Source: Pseudomonadota bacterium (GTDB lineage: Bacteria; Pseudomonadota; Gammaproteobacteria; Pseudomonadales; Moraxellaceae). From it: a stretch of 64,000 nucleotides of DNA. The notes under the pieces were generated by a model. The model was not told the DNA's origin. It saw nothing but the letters and a program-made list of their open reading frames with translations, and searched no databases. The position numbers and the translations under genes were made by a program. The stretch spans positions 171,357 to 235,356 of the forward strand of contig JBBTCA010000001.1 of NCBI GenBank assembly GCA_038043385.1, given 5' to 3'. Below are positions 1 to 10,414 of this stretch, piece by piece. How positions within the stretch are numbered: position 1 is the first letter of the stretch; each line of letters begins with the position of its first letter.

Positions 1-596
1 GTCTTCGCAAGCTGCATCCGTCCGTGCCGGTTTATGCGGTCATTGGCGATACCGGCGCTTCTGGTGCCTATTACATCGCCGTGGCTGCCGACAAGATTTT
101 CGTCAATCCGTCCAGTCTGGTTGGCTCGATTGGCGTCATCATGCCCGGTTTTGGCGTGCCGAATCTGATTCAGAAGCTGGGTGTGGAAGACCGCACGCTG
201 ACCGCCGGCGAGCACAAAAATCTGCTCAGCCCAACGCGAGCGGTGGATCCGGTCGAGCGTGAGCATGTGCAAAGCGTGCTGGATGCCGTGCACCGTCACT
301 TCATTGCTGCCGTCAAGGCCGGTCGTGGTTCGCGCCTGAGCCAGAACCCGGATCTGTTTTCGGGCTATTTCTGGAGTGGTGATCAGGCCATTGCCCTCGG
401 TTTGGCGGATGCCGTCGGCTCGGTGGGCTCGGTCGCGCGTGATGTCGTGAAGCAAGACACGCTGGTGGACTACACGCAGGTGCCTAATCCGCTGGATTCC
501 GTGCTGCGCCGCCTAGGCAGCTCGTTGGGCAAGTCGCTGGGCGCTGCTTTTCAGCAGAGCCTGAGCGAAACCTCGCAGGTGCCGCGCTTGCAGTAA
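1..596 (+). CDS. sppA: S49 family signal peptide peptidase SppA (5'-truncated by window edge)
   Basis: Frame open from window start; GASGAYYIA and SLVGSIGV motifs typical of S49 peptidases. Confidence 0.85.
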   Translation, partial: LRKLHPSVPVYAVIGDTGASGAYYIAVAADKIFVNPSSLVGSIGVIMPGFGVPNLIQKLGVEDRTLTAGEHKNLLSPTRAVDPVEREHVQSVLDAVHRHFIAAVKAGRGSRLSQNPDLFSGYFWSGDQAIALGLADAVGSVGSVARDVVKQDTLVDYTQVPNPLDSVLRRLGSSLGKSLGAAFQQSLSETSQVPRLQ

Positions 597-621
597 AGGT
601 CGCTGTAATAGCGCTTTCCCT

Positions 622-650
622 TTGACAGGGCGTGGGTGAATCCGTATCAT
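622..650 (+). promoter_or_regulatory. sigma70 promoter for yceD-rpmF-plsX-fab operon
   Basis: TTGACA (622-627), 17 nt spacer, TATCAT (645-650), then GC-rich discriminator CCCGCGCC. Confidence 0.75.
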
Positions 651-659
651 CCCGCGCCT

Positions 660-1190
660 ATGTCAGAGACTCCTTTGCTGCCGCACCTCGTTGATCCCGG
701 CAAAATGGCCGAACAGACTGCACAGCTGGTGTTGCGTACCCCGCTGGCGGCGTTCAAGCGTTTGCGCGAAGTCACCCTGAGTGATGACGGCGATGTGAGT
801 GTGCAGATCCGGTTTCATCGCGATGCTCGTGGTGTGCCCAACCTGCGTGGCTCGGTCAGTGCAACGGTTGAGCAAACCTGCCAGCGTTGCCTGAGTGCCG
901 TGAGTGTGGCGGTGCAGGCGGATGTGAATGTGTTTCTGCTGAACGATGAGGCGTATGCCGATCGTCTCAGCGAAGATGATGATTATGTGGTGTTCGGTGA
1001 TGATCGTCTCGATCTGCCCGAGCTCCTTGAAGATGAGCTGATCATGGCGCTGCCGCTGGTGGCGCGCCATGAAGACTGTCAACCGCAAGCGGCGTTGACA
1101 GTGTTGCCGGAAGCCGACGACGAGCCCATGCCGAAGAAAGAAAACCCGTTTCGTGTGCTGGCTGGCTTGAAGCCGTCAGACACGGAGTAA
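660..1190 (+). CDS. yceD: YceD/DUF177 large ribosomal subunit accumulation protein
   Basis: CQRCL motif, ELLEDELIMALPL, C-terminal ENPFRVLAGLK; directly upstream of rpmF. Start set at ATG 660 because the ORF-track start (636) lies inside the promoter. Confidence 0.9.
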   Translation: MSETPLLPHLVDPGKMAEQTAQLVLRTPLAAFKRLREVTLSDDGDVSVQIRFHRDARGVPNLRGSVSATVEQTCQRCLSAVSVAVQADVNVFLLNDEAYADRLSEDDDYVVFGDDRLDLPELLEDELIMALPLVARHEDCQPQAALTVLPEADDEPMPKKENPFRVLAGLKPSDTE

Positions 1191-1246
1191 TGTGATTTAA
1201 CCTGACTGCGGTGACGCAGCCGACCCAGTAAGTGCCGGAGTAGACC

Positions 1247-1429
1247 ATGGCCGTTCAACAAAACCGCAAGAGCCGTTCCCGTCGTGACATGCGTCGTTCG
1301 CATGACGCCCTGAATGGCCCGACCCTCAGCGTCGATCAGACCACTGGTGAATTGCACCGTCGTCACCATGTGACCAAAGACGGTTTCTACCGTGGTCACC
1401 AGCTGTTTGGCGCGAAAGACGAGACCTGA
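1247..1429 (+). CDS. rpmF: 50S ribosomal protein L32
   Basis: [22 protein letters not shown]...[14 protein letters not shown]; GGAG RBS. Confidence 0.97.
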   Translation: MAVQQNRKSRSRRDMRRSHDALNGPTLSVDQTTGELHRRHHVTKDGFYRGHQLFGAKDET

Positions 1430-1437
1430 TACGCGCC

Positions 1438-2484
1438 ATGCGTATCACCGTGGCGGTGGATGTGATGGGTGGCGACCACGGTGCCGCCGTCACTGTCCCC
1501 GCCGCATTGCAGGTTCTGGCGCAACAGCCTGACCTGCATCTTCTCCTCGTAGGCGATGAAGGGCTGATAACGCCGCTCATCGCCTCCGTCGCATCTGCGC
1601 AGCGCGCTCGTCTGCAGATCGTGCACACCACCGAATTTGTCACCATGAGTGACAAGGTTTCCGTGGCTCTGCGCAACAAGAAACAATCTTCCATGCGGTT
1701 GGCCATCAACGCGGTGCGTGACGGTCAGGCACAGGCTTGCGTGTCTGCCGGCAATACCGGCGCGCTCATGGCCATCGGTCGTTTTGTGCTGAAGACGCAT
1801 GCCGGCATTGATCGCCCGGCCATCATGACCGCCTTGCCGACGCAAACCGGCCATGCGCACATGCTCGACTTGGGCGCGAATGTGGACTCCGATCCGCATC
1901 ATCTCGTGCAATTCGCGGAAATGGGTTCGCTGGTGGCACAAGCGCTGGACGGTCACGGTAAGCCCCGCGTCGGTCTGCTCAACATCGGCGAAGAAGAAAT
2001 CAAGGGCAACGATTTCATCAAGGCCACGCATGAGCTGCTGCGCGCTTCCTCGCTGAATTACATCGGTTATGTGGAAGGCGACGGCATTTTTCATGGCGAT
2101 GCCGATGTGGTGGTATGTGATGGCTTCGTCGGCAATATCGCGCTGAAATGCTCCGAAGGTGTGGCGAAGATGATGGGCGCCAAGATCAAGGAGCAGATCA
2201 ATCGCAACTGGCTTACCAAGCTGCTGGGTCTGCTGGCTTACCCGATCTGGAAGGGTTTGAAGCAGGAAATGGATCCGGGTCGCTACAACGGTGCCAGCCT
2301 GGTCGGGCTCTCGGGCATCGTGGTGAAAAGTCACGGTAGTGCCCAGATTGACTCCTTTGCGCAAGCCTTGCGCGTGGCCATCAAGGAAGTCGAAAAAGAC
2401 ATTCCAGGCCTGCTTGCACGCCACTTCAGCGCCGCTGAAGCCGCCAGAAACGAGCTGGCCGTGGCAGCCGAGTCGTCAACTTAA
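1438..2484 (+). CDS. plsX: phosphate acyltransferase PlsX
   Basis: AVDVMGGDHG, SAGNTGALM, LDLGANVD, VVCDGFVGNIALK, VVKSHG motifs. Confidence 0.96.
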   Translation: MRITVAVDVMGGDHGAAVTVPAALQVLAQQPDLHLLLVGDEGLITPLIASVASAQRARLQIVHTTEFVTMSDKVSVALRNKKQSSMRLAINAVRDGQAQACVSAGNTGALMAIGRFVLKTHAGIDRPAIMTALPTQTGHAHMLDLGANVDSDPHHLVQFAEMGSLVAQALDGHGKPRVGLLNIGEEEIKGNDFIKATHELLRASSLNYIGYVEGDGIFHGDADVVVCDGFVGNIALKCSEGVAKMMGAKIKEQINRNWLTKLLGLLAYPIWKGLKQEMDPGRYNGASLVGLSGIVVKSHGSAQIDSFAQALRVAIKEVEKDIPGLLARHFSAAEAARNELAVAAESST

Positions 2485-2562
2485 GACTATCCGACGCGAC
2501 TTTCCGCGCACTTTTAGGCTACCCTCGCCAGCGTTCCCGATTTACTTCGCAAGGATTCTTCG

Positions 2563-3492
2563 ATGACAACGGCATGGGTATTTCCCGGTCAGGGCTCGCA
2601 GGCCATCGGCATGCTGGCCGATCTGGCAGCTGAATTTTCTACCGTTCAAGACACATTTTCTGAGGCTTCTGCAGCCTTGGGCAAGGATTTGTGGGTGCTG
2701 GCACAGCAAGGCCCGGAGGCTGAACTGAACGCCACTGAAAACACCCAACCCTTGCTGCTCACCGCCGGCATCGCCGTGTGGCGCACCTGGCAGGCACAAG
2801 GTGGCGAAACTCCTCAATTTCTGGCCGGGCACTCGCTTGGTGAATACACTGCGCTGGTCGCCGCTGGCGTATTGTCATTGGCCGATGGCGTGCGCCTGGT
2901 CGCCGAGCGCGGCCGCCTGATGCAGGCGGCGGTGCCGGCCGGGCAGGGTGCCATGGCCGCCATTCTTGGTCTCGATGATGCCGCCGTGATTGCCGCTTGC
3001 GCCGAGGCGGCTCAGGGCGATGTGGTATCGGCGGTGAATTTCAATTCGCCGGGCCAGGTCGTGATTGCCGGCAGCACCGCTGCTGTTGAGCGCGCGATGG
3101 CGGCCTGCAAGACGGCGGGCGCCAAGCGCGCTCTGCCGCTGCCGGTGAGTGCGCCGTCGCATTGTGCGCTGATGCAGCCGGCGGCCGAGAAGCTGGCCAT
3201 CCATCTGCAATCCCTGACCTTTAATACGCCTGTCATCCCGGTGGTGCAGAATGCGGCCGCGCGAATCGAGGCTGATCTGGTTAGTTTGCAATCGTCATTA
3301 ATTACGCAGCTGCACAGCCCGGTATTGTGGTCGCAGAGTGTGCAGTGGTTGGCTGAGCAAGGTGTGACGCGCTTTGTGGAAAGTGGGCCGGGCAAGGTGT
3401 TGACCGGCCTGAACAAGCGTATCGCCAAGGATGCCGAGCATGTGTCGGTGGAGTCCGCCGAAAGTCTCAAGGCCGCATTGGCACTGGTTTGA
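2563..3492 (+). CDS. fabD: malonyl-CoA:ACP transacylase
   Basis: FPGQGSQ, GHSLGEY catalytic motif, VSAPSHC, GPGKVL. Confidence 0.97.
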   Translation: MTTAWVFPGQGSQAIGMLADLAAEFSTVQDTFSEASAALGKDLWVLAQQGPEAELNATENTQPLLLTAGIAVWRTWQAQGGETPQFLAGHSLGEYTALVAAGVLSLADGVRLVAERGRLMQAAVPAGQGAMAAILGLDDAAVIAACAEAAQGDVVSAVNFNSPGQVVIAGSTAAVERAMAACKTAGAKRALPLPVSAPSHCALMQPAAEKLAIHLQSLTFNTPVIPVVQNAAARIEADLVSLQSSLITQLHSPVLWSQSVQWLAEQGVTRFVESGPGKVLTGLNKRIAKDAEHVSVESAESLKAALALV

Positions 3493-3525
3493 TAGCCTAT
3501 AAATAGTCGATTCAGGGGCATGTAT

Positions 3526-4275
3526 ATGGAAAAGTCATTGCAGGACAAAATTGCACTGGTCACTGGCGCTACTCGCGGCATCGGTCGTGCCATTGCGCTC
3601 ACGCTGGGTCGCGAAGGTGCGATTGTGATCGGCACGGCAACCACTGAAGCGGGTGCTGTCAGTATTACGCAGGCGCTGGCCGAGGCGGGCATCGCCGGCC
3701 GTGGCGTGGTGCTGGATGTGGCCGAGCTGAGCAGCATCGAGGCGGTGCTGGAGCAGGTTGTCGCCGAATTCGGCGCGCCGCTCATCGTCGTCAATAATGC
3801 TGGCATCACGCGCGATAACCTCATGCTGCGCATGAAAGAAGACGAGTGGCAGACGGTGATCAATACCAATCTGACTGCCATCTTCCGTGTCACCAAGGCC
3901 AGCCTGAAGGGCATGACCAAGGCACGCTGGGGCCGCATCATCAACATCAGCTCGGTGGTGGGCTCCATGGGCAATGGCGGCCAGGCCAACTACGCGGCTG
4001 CGAAGGCCGGTCTGGAAGGTTTCGGACGGGCGCTGGCTGCCGAGATTGCGTCGCGCAACATCACCGTGAACGCGATTGCGCCGGGCTTCATTGAAACCGA
4101 CATGACGCAGGCGTTGCCAGAAGCACAACGCGAGAAATTGCTGACGCAGGTGCCCGCCGGGCGCTTGGGTCAACCACAAGACATTGCAGAGGCGGTGGCC
4201 TTTCTGGCATCGGAGCGTGCGGCTTACATCACAGGCACGACCTTGCATGTAAACGGCGGGATGTACATGGCCTAG
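3526..4275 (+). CDS. fabG: 3-oxoacyl-ACP reductase
   Basis: TGATRGIG, NNAGITRDNLMLRMK, YAAAK; alternative start at 3520. Confidence 0.96.
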   Translation: MEKSLQDKIALVTGATRGIGRAIALTLGREGAIVIGTATTEAGAVSITQALAEAGIAGRGVVLDVAELSSIEAVLEQVVAEFGAPLIVVNNAGITRDNLMLRMKEDEWQTVINTNLTAIFRVTKASLKGMTKARWGRIINISSVVGSMGNGGQANYAAAKAGLEGFGRALAAEIASRNITVNAIAPGFIETDMTQALPEAQREKLLTQVPAGRLGQPQDIAEAVAFLASERAAYITGTTLHVNGGMYMA

Positions 4276-4341
4276 ACCGGCCAGTCATCCGACACTTATA
4301 AACCTGAAATAACTACTTACGGTTTGCCGGGCAGGCGGTGC

Positions 4342-4370
4342 TTGCCACTCACAGGACGCTTCAATACACT
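4342..4370 (+). promoter_or_regulatory. sigma70 promoter for acpP
   Basis: TTGCCA (4342-4347), 17 nt spacer, TACACT (4365-4370). Confidence 0.55.
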
Positions 4371-4411
4371 TGCGGCGACTTGTCGGCAGTCCGACATCAA
4401 AGGAGATTAAC

Positions 4412-4651
4412 GTGAGCACGATCGAAGAACGCGTCAAGAAAATTGTCGCTGAACAACTGGGTGTGAAGCTGGATGAAGTAACCAACGAAGCCTCATTCGT
4501 CGACGATCTGGGCGCTGATTCGCTGGACACCGTTGAGCTGGTCATGGCTTTGGAAGAAGAGTTCGAGACTGAGATCCCGGACGAAGAAGCAGAGAAGATC
4601 AGCACGGTGCAAACCGCGATCGATTACGTGACCGCGCACAGCAAGCAGTAA
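4412..4651 (+). CDS. acpP: acyl carrier protein
   Basis: GTG start after AGGAG RBS (4401-4405); [20 protein letters not shown] phosphopantetheine motif. Confidence 0.98.
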   Translation: MSTIEERVKKIVAEQLGVKLDEVTNEASFVDDLGADSLDTVELVMALEEEFETEIPDEEAEKISTVQTAIDYVTAHSKQ

Positions 4652-4668
4652 TTGCTGCGGTCAAGAAG

Positions 4669-4703
4669 ACCGCAGGTACGCTGAGCGTATCTGCGGTTTT
4701 TTT
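4669..4703 (+). terminator. rho-independent terminator after acpP
   Basis: ACCGCAGGTACGC-TGA-GCGTATCTGCGGT stem followed by a T-run. Confidence 0.85.
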
Positions 4704-4834
4704 ATGCCTGCGAATTGTCGATGTTGAAGATTTTCAGGGTATTCGCCATGAACAGGCGACTTGTTGTAGTCATGAAGTCGTCACGACTTGGTAACATCAT
4801 GGCGACTGGATGAATTCAGATGAGGAGTGACGCC

Positions 4835-6073
4835 ATGATGTCGCGGCGTGTAGTGGTAACTGGCATGGGCATGTTGACGGCGCTGGGTGCGTCGGTCGAG
4901 CAGACCTGGGCGGGCATTTTGGCCGGGAAAAGTGGCATTCGCGCTATCGATCACTTCGATACCTCGGCCTTTTCCACGCAGTTTGCCGGCACGGTGCTCG
5001 ATTTCGTGGTCGAGGATTATCTGCCGGCGAAAGAAGCGCGGCGTGTGGATGCCTTCATTCAATATGGCTTGGCCGCTGGCCAGCAGGCCTTGGTTGATTC
5101 GGGTCTGGTTGTCACGGAGGCCAATGCCGATCGTATTGGTGTTGCCGTCGGCTCCGGCATTGGCGGTTTGGCGACGATTGAAGATGGGCATATCAGCTTG
5201 CTGGAAGGCGGGCCGCGCAAGATTTCGCCATTCTTTGTGCCAGGTTCGATCATCAATATGGCGGCCGGCATGCTGTCTATTCGTCATGGCCTGAAAGGGC
5301 CGAACTTCTCAGTGACCACGGCCTGTACTACTGCGACCCACTGTATTGGCTTCGCCGCGCGTCTGATTGCCAGTGGCGATGCTGATGCCATGCTCGCTGG
5401 GGGCACCGAAAAGGCGTCTACCCCGCTGGGCATGGGCGGCTTCGGCGCAGCGCGCGCCTTGTCTACGCGCAATGACGATCCGACCAAGGCCAGCCGCCCG
5501 TTCGACAAAGATCGCGATGGCTTTGTGCTGGGCGATGGCGCCGGCGTGCTGATGCTGGAAGAGTATGAGCATGCCAAGGCTCGTGGCGCGCGCATTTACG
5601 CCGAGCTGATCGGCTTCGGCATGAGTGGCGATGCCTATCACATGACCTCGCCGCCGGAGAATGGTGCGGGCGCGGCGTCGGCGATGGCCAATGCCTTGCG
5701 CAATGCCGGCATCAAGCCGGAGCAGGTGCAGTACATCAATGCCCACGGCACTTCCACGCCAGCGGGCGACATCGCCGAGTCGCAGGCCATCATGCAGGTC
5801 TTTGGCGATCATGCGCCGCGACTGGCGGTCAGCTCCACGAAGTCGATGGTTGGTCACTTGCTCGGTGCGGCCGGCGGAGTCGAGGCTATCTTCAGCATTC
5901 TCGCCTTGCGTGACCAGATTGCACCGCCAACGATCAATCTGGATAACCCGGACCCAGCCTGCACGCTGGACTATGTACCGCATGTGGCGCGCGCCATGAA
6001 GATGGATGTCGCGCTGTCGAATTCCTTCGGCTTCGGCGGCACTAATGGCAGCCTGGTGTTTCGCCGCCTGTGA
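4835..6073 (+). CDS. fabF: beta-ketoacyl-ACP synthase II
   Basis: [14 protein letters not shown] active Cys, [24 protein letters not shown]; GAGGAG RBS before ATG 4835. Confidence 0.96.
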   Translation: MMSRRVVVTGMGMLTALGASVEQTWAGILAGKSGIRAIDHFDTSAFSTQFAGTVLDFVVEDYLPAKEARRVDAFIQYGLAAGQQALVDSGLVVTEANADRIGVAVGSGIGGLATIEDGHISLLEGGPRKISPFFVPGSIINMAAGMLSIRHGLKGPNFSVTTACTTATHCIGFAARLIASGDADAMLAGGTEKASTPLGMGGFGAARALSTRNDDPTKASRPFDKDRDGFVLGDGAGVLMLEEYEHAKARGARIYAELIGFGMSGDAYHMTSPPENGAGAASAMANALRNAGIKPEQVQYINAHGTSTPAGDIAESQAIMQVFGDHAPRLAVSSTKSMVGHLLGAAGGVEAIFSILALRDQIAPPTINLDNPDPACTLDYVPHVARAMKMDVALSNSFGFGGTNGSLVFRRL

Positions 6074-6900
6074 CCAACGCCATGCCGACGCAGATCTGGT
6101 ACGGCGATGAAGCCGTCGCGCATTGGGCGGCGGATGATCGTGGCATTGCCTATGGTGATGGCCTGTTCGAGACCATTCGCGTCTGTGCCGGTCGTGGCGT
6201 GCTGCTGGATGAGCATCTGCAGCGTTTGCAGCAGGGCTGTCGGCAGCTCGGCATTCCGTTTTTGCCGGCTTGGCCGCAGCACATCAGCCGATTTCTGGCC
6301 TCTGTGGCCGAGGATGGCATCCTGCGTGTGCAGGTGACGCGCGGCGCCGGGGGCCGTGGCTATCAGTCGCCGCCATCGATCACGCCGGGTTTTGCGCTGA
6401 GCTGGCATGCGTTGCCGAGCTATCCGGCGCAATACGCGCAGTGGGGCATTCGCGTGGCCGATGCGCCGTTTGCGTTGGCGGCGCAACCAGTGCTGGCCGG
6501 CATCAAACACAGCAATCGCCTGGAGCAAGTCTTGCTGCGCGACGCCTTGGCGACCCAGCCGCAATGTCAGGAGCTGGTGGTCTGTAATGCTGCCGGCGAG
6601 CTGGTCGAGGGCGTGTTCTCCAATCTCTTTCTGGTGCTTGACGGCCTCTTGCTGACGCCACCGGTGACCGCCTGCGGCATTGCCGGTGCGCTGCGCGCAG
6701 CTTTGCTGAGCGATGCACCTTTGTCGGTGCAGATCGCCACGCTAACGCCAGATGATCTGCTGGCCGCCGATGAAGTGTTTTTTGCCAACAGCGTCATGGG
6801 CATCTGGCCGGTTGCCGCTTATCGCCAACGGGCTTGGCCTGTGGGCCAATACACCCGACAATGCCAGGCTCATATCGCTGCCTGGTTTGCTCCCGCATGA
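6070..6900 (+). CDS. pabC: aminodeoxychorismate lyase
   Basis: [31 protein letters not shown]; conserved position after fabF. Confidence 0.92.
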   Translation: MTNAMPTQIWYGDEAVAHWAADDRGIAYGDGLFETIRVCAGRGVLLDEHLQRLQQGCRQLGIPFLPAWPQHISRFLASVAEDGILRVQVTRGAGGRGYQSPPSITPGFALSWHALPSYPAQYAQWGIRVADAPFALAAQPVLAGIKHSNRLEQVLLRDALATQPQCQELVVCNAAGELVEGVFSNLFLVLDGLLLTPPVTACGIAGALRAALLSDAPLSVQIATLTPDDLLAADEVFFANSVMGIWPVAAYRQRAWPVGQYTRQCQAHIAAWFAPA

Positions 6901-7913
6901 GTCATGTTCGCCCGCGCAAGACCGTTGCTCCTCGTCCAAAACGCCGCATCCGCGTGTTCTGGGGAGTGGTCGTGTTGCTGGCGATACTTATCTATCGCAC
7001 GCTCCTGCAGTCGTTTGATCTGCCACCGCAGGGCTATCGCCTGAAAGTGCCGCGCGGCAGCAGCTGGGTCAGCGTGGCCGAGCAACTGGCCGAACAGAAT
7101 TTCATTACCTCGGCACTGAGCTTGCGCGTGTGGTTGTGGCTGCGGCCGGGCGAGGAAGTGCTGCGCTCTGGCGTCTTTGTGCTACGGCCCCCCATGACGC
7201 TGGATCAGCTCGTGCAGCGTCTGGCCGAGGCTCCCGATGGCACACAGCCGCTGGTGCTGATCGAGGGCGAGCGCTTCAAGGATCTGCGCAAGAAGCTGGC
7301 CGATCGCGACGATGTGCGTCAGGTCATGACGACCTTGACGGACAATGAAGTGCTGGGTGCCATCGGTGCCGAAGAGAGGCATCCTGAGGGCTTGTTTGCG
7401 CCCAATACCTATGTGCTGGAAGAGGGTGAGCGCGATCTCGACATTCTGCGCCGGCTCTATCAGCGGCAAAAACGCATCCTTGCCGAGGAGTGGGCCGGGC
7501 GGCAGTTGGGGCTGCCTTACAACAATGCCTACGAAGCCTTGATCATGGCGTCGATCATTGAAAAGGAAACCGGCGCGGCGGCTGAGCGTGAGCAGATTGC
7601 CGGTGTTTTTGTTCGTCGCTTGCAGATCGGCATGCGTCTACAGACGGACCCGACCGTCATCTACGGCGTGGGTGAGCGCTACAAGGGCGATATCACGCGA
7701 GCGCATCTGCGCCAGGACACGCCTTATAATACCTACCGCCGTGCCGGCCTGCCGCCCACGCCGATTGCCAATCCGGGCCGCGCCGCCATTCATGCCGCCC
7801 TGCATCCGGCCGAGGGCGATGCCCTGTATTTTGTGGCTGGCAGTGACGGTCGCCATATTTTCTCGGCCAATCTGACCGACCATAATCGCGCGGTCAACCG
7901 CCACCAACGCTGA
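6897..7913 (+). CDS. mltG: endolytic transglycosylase MltG
   Basis: N-terminal TM, EGLFAPNTY, ASIIEKETG, RLQTDPTVIYG, YNTY, LPPTPIANPG; ATG 6897 overlaps the pabC stop. Confidence 0.94.
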   Translation: MSHVRPRKTVAPRPKRRIRVFWGVVVLLAILIYRTLLQSFDLPPQGYRLKVPRGSSWVSVAEQLAEQNFITSALSLRVWLWLRPGEEVLRSGVFVLRPPMTLDQLVQRLAEAPDGTQPLVLIEGERFKDLRKKLADRDDVRQVMTTLTDNEVLGAIGAEERHPEGLFAPNTYVLEEGERDLDILRRLYQRQKRILAEEWAGRQLGLPYNNAYEALIMASIIEKETGAAAEREQIAGVFVRRLQIGMRLQTDPTVIYGVGERYKGDITRAHLRQDTPYNTYRRAGLPPTPIANPGRAAIHAALHPAEGDALYFVAGSDGRHIFSANLTDHNRAVNRHQR

Positions 7914-7920
7914 GCTATTC

Positions 7921-8562
7921 ATGACTGACTTGATGTCGCGTTTCATCACCCTGGAGGGTGGCGAAGGCGTGGGCAAATCCACCCATCTTGCGGCCGTCGC
8001 CGACTTTTTGCGTGCTGGCGGCGATGAAGTCGTGGTCACCCGTGAGCCCGGCGGCACGCCCTATGCCGAGGAGCTGCGCGCCTTGCTGCTGAGCCCGCGT
8101 GCCGAGGCGGTGATGCCATCGGCCGAATTGCTCACGCTGTTTGCCGCGCGTGCCCAGCATTGGCACGGCCTGATCTTGCCCGCCTTGCAGCGCGGTGCCT
8201 GGGTCTTGTCTGACCGATTTGTGGATGCCACTTATGCTTATCAGGGCGCGGGTCGTGGCCTGGCCGTTGCGGATATTGCCGCGCTGGAGCACTGGTTGTT
8301 GCAGGGTCAGCAGCCGGGTCTGACGCTGCTACTGGACATGCCGGTGGCCGACGGCATGGCGCGAGCGCGGGCACGGGCGGCGCTGGATCGCTTTGAGAGC
8401 GAGCAACTGGAGTTCTTCGAGCGTGTGCGGGCTGGGTATTTGGCTCGTGCGGCTGCTGATCCGCAACGCATCCGGCAAATTGATGCGGGGCAGTCTTTGC
8501 TGGCGGTGCAGGCGGATGTGTTGCAGGCGGTTCGTCGTTATCAAATGGCGGTGAAATCATGA
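7921..8562 (+). CDS. tmk: thymidylate kinase
   Basis: FITLEGGEGVGKST, TREPGG, DRFVDATYAYQG. Confidence 0.97.
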   Translation: MTDLMSRFITLEGGEGVGKSTHLAAVADFLRAGGDEVVVTREPGGTPYAEELRALLLSPRAEAVMPSAELLTLFAARAQHWHGLILPALQRGAWVLSDRFVDATYAYQGAGRGLAVADIAALEHWLLQGQQPGLTLLLDMPVADGMARARARAALDRFESEQLEFFERVRAGYLARAAADPQRIRQIDAGQSLLAVQADVLQAVRRYQMAVKS

Positions 8563-9581
8563 GCGCCATCTACCCCTGGCAGACCGGTTTGTGGCAGTCA
8601 CTTTGCCATCTCAGCCAGCAGAAGCGCCTGCCGCATGCCTTGCTGCTGGCGGCTCCGCAGGGGCTGGGCAAAGCCCATTTTGCCCGCCAGTTTGCCGCCT
8701 GGCGCTTGTGCGAGCAGCCGAGCGAGCAGGGCGTTTGTGGTGTTTGCCGCAGCTGCCAATTGCTGAGCACGGGGCATCACCCCGATCTGCTCTGGGTCAG
8801 CCCAGACGAGGAAGATGAGAAAGGCACAAAAGCGAGCAAGGTCATCAAGGTCGCTCAGGTGCGTACGGTGGTCGAATTCGCCACGCAGTCGGCGCATCGC
8901 CAGGGTGGTCAGCGCATTGTGGTGCTGGAGCCGGCGGATGCCCTGAATACGGCATCGGCCAATGCCTTGCTGAAGACGCTGGAAGAGCCGGGCCGCGATT
9001 CGCTGTTTCTGCTGTTGACTGACAAGCCGGCGGCATTACTCCCAACCGTACGCAGCCGCTGCCAGCTGCTGCCGATGCCTTTGCCGGCGCCCGAGCAGGC
9101 GCTGGCTTGGTTGCGCACGCAGGTGCAGCCGCCGGAAATGGCGGAGACGCTGCTGGAGCTGGCGCGCGGTGCGCCATTGGCAGCAGCGGCATTGCAGGCG
9201 CAACCGTGGTTCTCGGCGCGCGCTGATCTGCTGGTGGATTTGCTGGCGGTGGCGCAAACCCGCTTGATGCCCTTGCAGGCGGCGCAGCGCTGGCAGAAGC
9301 TGGACGCCGGCGAGCAGGCTCTGGCCTGGCAAAGCCTGCTCGATGATGCCGTGCCGGGTGCGCTGGTCGCGGACTATCCGACCCGTCACAGCGACTTGCG
9401 TGGCGAGATGGCGGCTTTGCTGGCGGCGGTTTCGGCGCAGGCGCTGCTCAACACCTTGTATGAAATCGTGGAGGCGCGCCGGCTGCTCGGCACCAGCGTG
9501 CAGCCACAAGCCATTCTGGAAGGTCTCTGGTTGCACTGGGGCCGCGAAACGCGTCAAAAACGAGGTTCACATGCTGGTTGA
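8559..9581 (+). CDS. holB: DNA polymerase III delta' subunit
   Basis: IYPWQ, CGVCRSC Zn motif, HPDL, ANALLKTLEEP, TVRSRC. Confidence 0.95.
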   Translation: MSAIYPWQTGLWQSLCHLSQQKRLPHALLLAAPQGLGKAHFARQFAAWRLCEQPSEQGVCGVCRSCQLLSTGHHPDLLWVSPDEEDEKGTKASKVIKVAQVRTVVEFATQSAHRQGGQRIVVLEPADALNTASANALLKTLEEPGRDSLFLLLTDKPAALLPTVRSRCQLLPMPLPAPEQALAWLRTQVQPPEMAETLLELARGAPLAAAALQAQPWFSARADLLVDLLAVAQTRLMPLQAAQRWQKLDAGEQALAWQSLLDDAVPGALVADYPTRHSDLRGEMAALLAAVSAQALLNTLYEIVEARRLLGTSVQPQAILEGLWLHWGRETRQKRGSHAG

Positions 9582-10365
9582 CAGTCACTGCCATCTCGAT
9601 TGCCTGAAGCTCGACCGGCACGGCGGCTCGCTGGATGCTGCGCTAGATGCGGCGCGCGCGCGCGGCGTCGGCCATTTTCTGTGCATTAGCATCGAGCTGG
9701 AAAAGTTCGATCAGATTCGCGCCATCGCCGAGGCCAATGACGATGTTTACGCCACCGTCGGCGTGCATCCCTGCCACACGCACTCGCATCAGCCCACGGT
9801 GGATGAGCTTTTCGCGCTGGCGCAGCACCCGAAAGTGATCGGCATCGGCGAGACCGGCCTCGATTATTTCCATGATGCCTCCACGCGCGACGCGCAGCAG
9901 GCCTTGTTCTCGACGCACATCGAAGTGGCCAAGCGCACCGGCAAACCGCTGATCATCCACACCCGCAATTCGCGTGACGATGTGTTGGCGCAGATGCGTC
10001 GCGAAGGGGCCGAGCGCGCCGTCATGCATTGCTTCACGGAAGATTGGGCGACAGCCGAGGCTGCGCTGGATCTGGGCTATTACATCTCCATTTCCGGTAT
10101 CGTGACTTTCCCGAAAGCGCTGGACCTGAAAGATGTGGCCAAGCGCATTCCGCTCGACCGCTTGCTGATCGAAACCGATGCGCCGTATCTGGCCCCGGCC
10201 CCGAATCGCGGCCGGCCCAACGAGCCGGCATTCCTGGCCGATACTGCTGCCTATATTGCGGCTTTGCGCGGGCTCAGCCTGGAGGCTTTGGCCGAGGCCA
10301 CCACGCGCAATTATCAGGCCGCGTTTCGTCTGGACACGCTACCGACACGGGCGTTGGCAAGTTAA
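9571..10365 (+). CDS. tatD: TatD family hydrolase (YcfH-like)
   Basis: MLVDSHCHLD, GETGLDY, IIHTR, MHCFTE, ETDAPYLAP; true start ATG 9571 with GAGG RBS. Confidence 0.93.
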   Translation: MLVDSHCHLDCLKLDRHGGSLDAALDAARARGVGHFLCISIELEKFDQIRAIAEANDDVYATVGVHPCHTHSHQPTVDELFALAQHPKVIGIGETGLDYFHDASTRDAQQALFSTHIEVAKRTGKPLIIHTRNSRDDVLAQMRREGAERAVMHCFTEDWATAEAALDLGYYISISGIVTFPKALDLKDVAKRIPLDRLLIETDAPYLAPAPNRGRPNEPAFLADTAAYIAALRGLSLEALAEATTRNYQAAFRLDTLPTRALAS

Positions 10366-10414
10366 ACTGCCGTCTTGGCTAAATCGCCGATCTGGCGGTG
10401 AATGAGGAGCAAAA

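Noticed and set aside
4747-4809. Repeated CATG...CGACT units and AAGTCG-TCA-CGACTT palindrome before fabF
   Set aside because: Irregular spacing and short units; may be an operator but is indistinguishable from chance.
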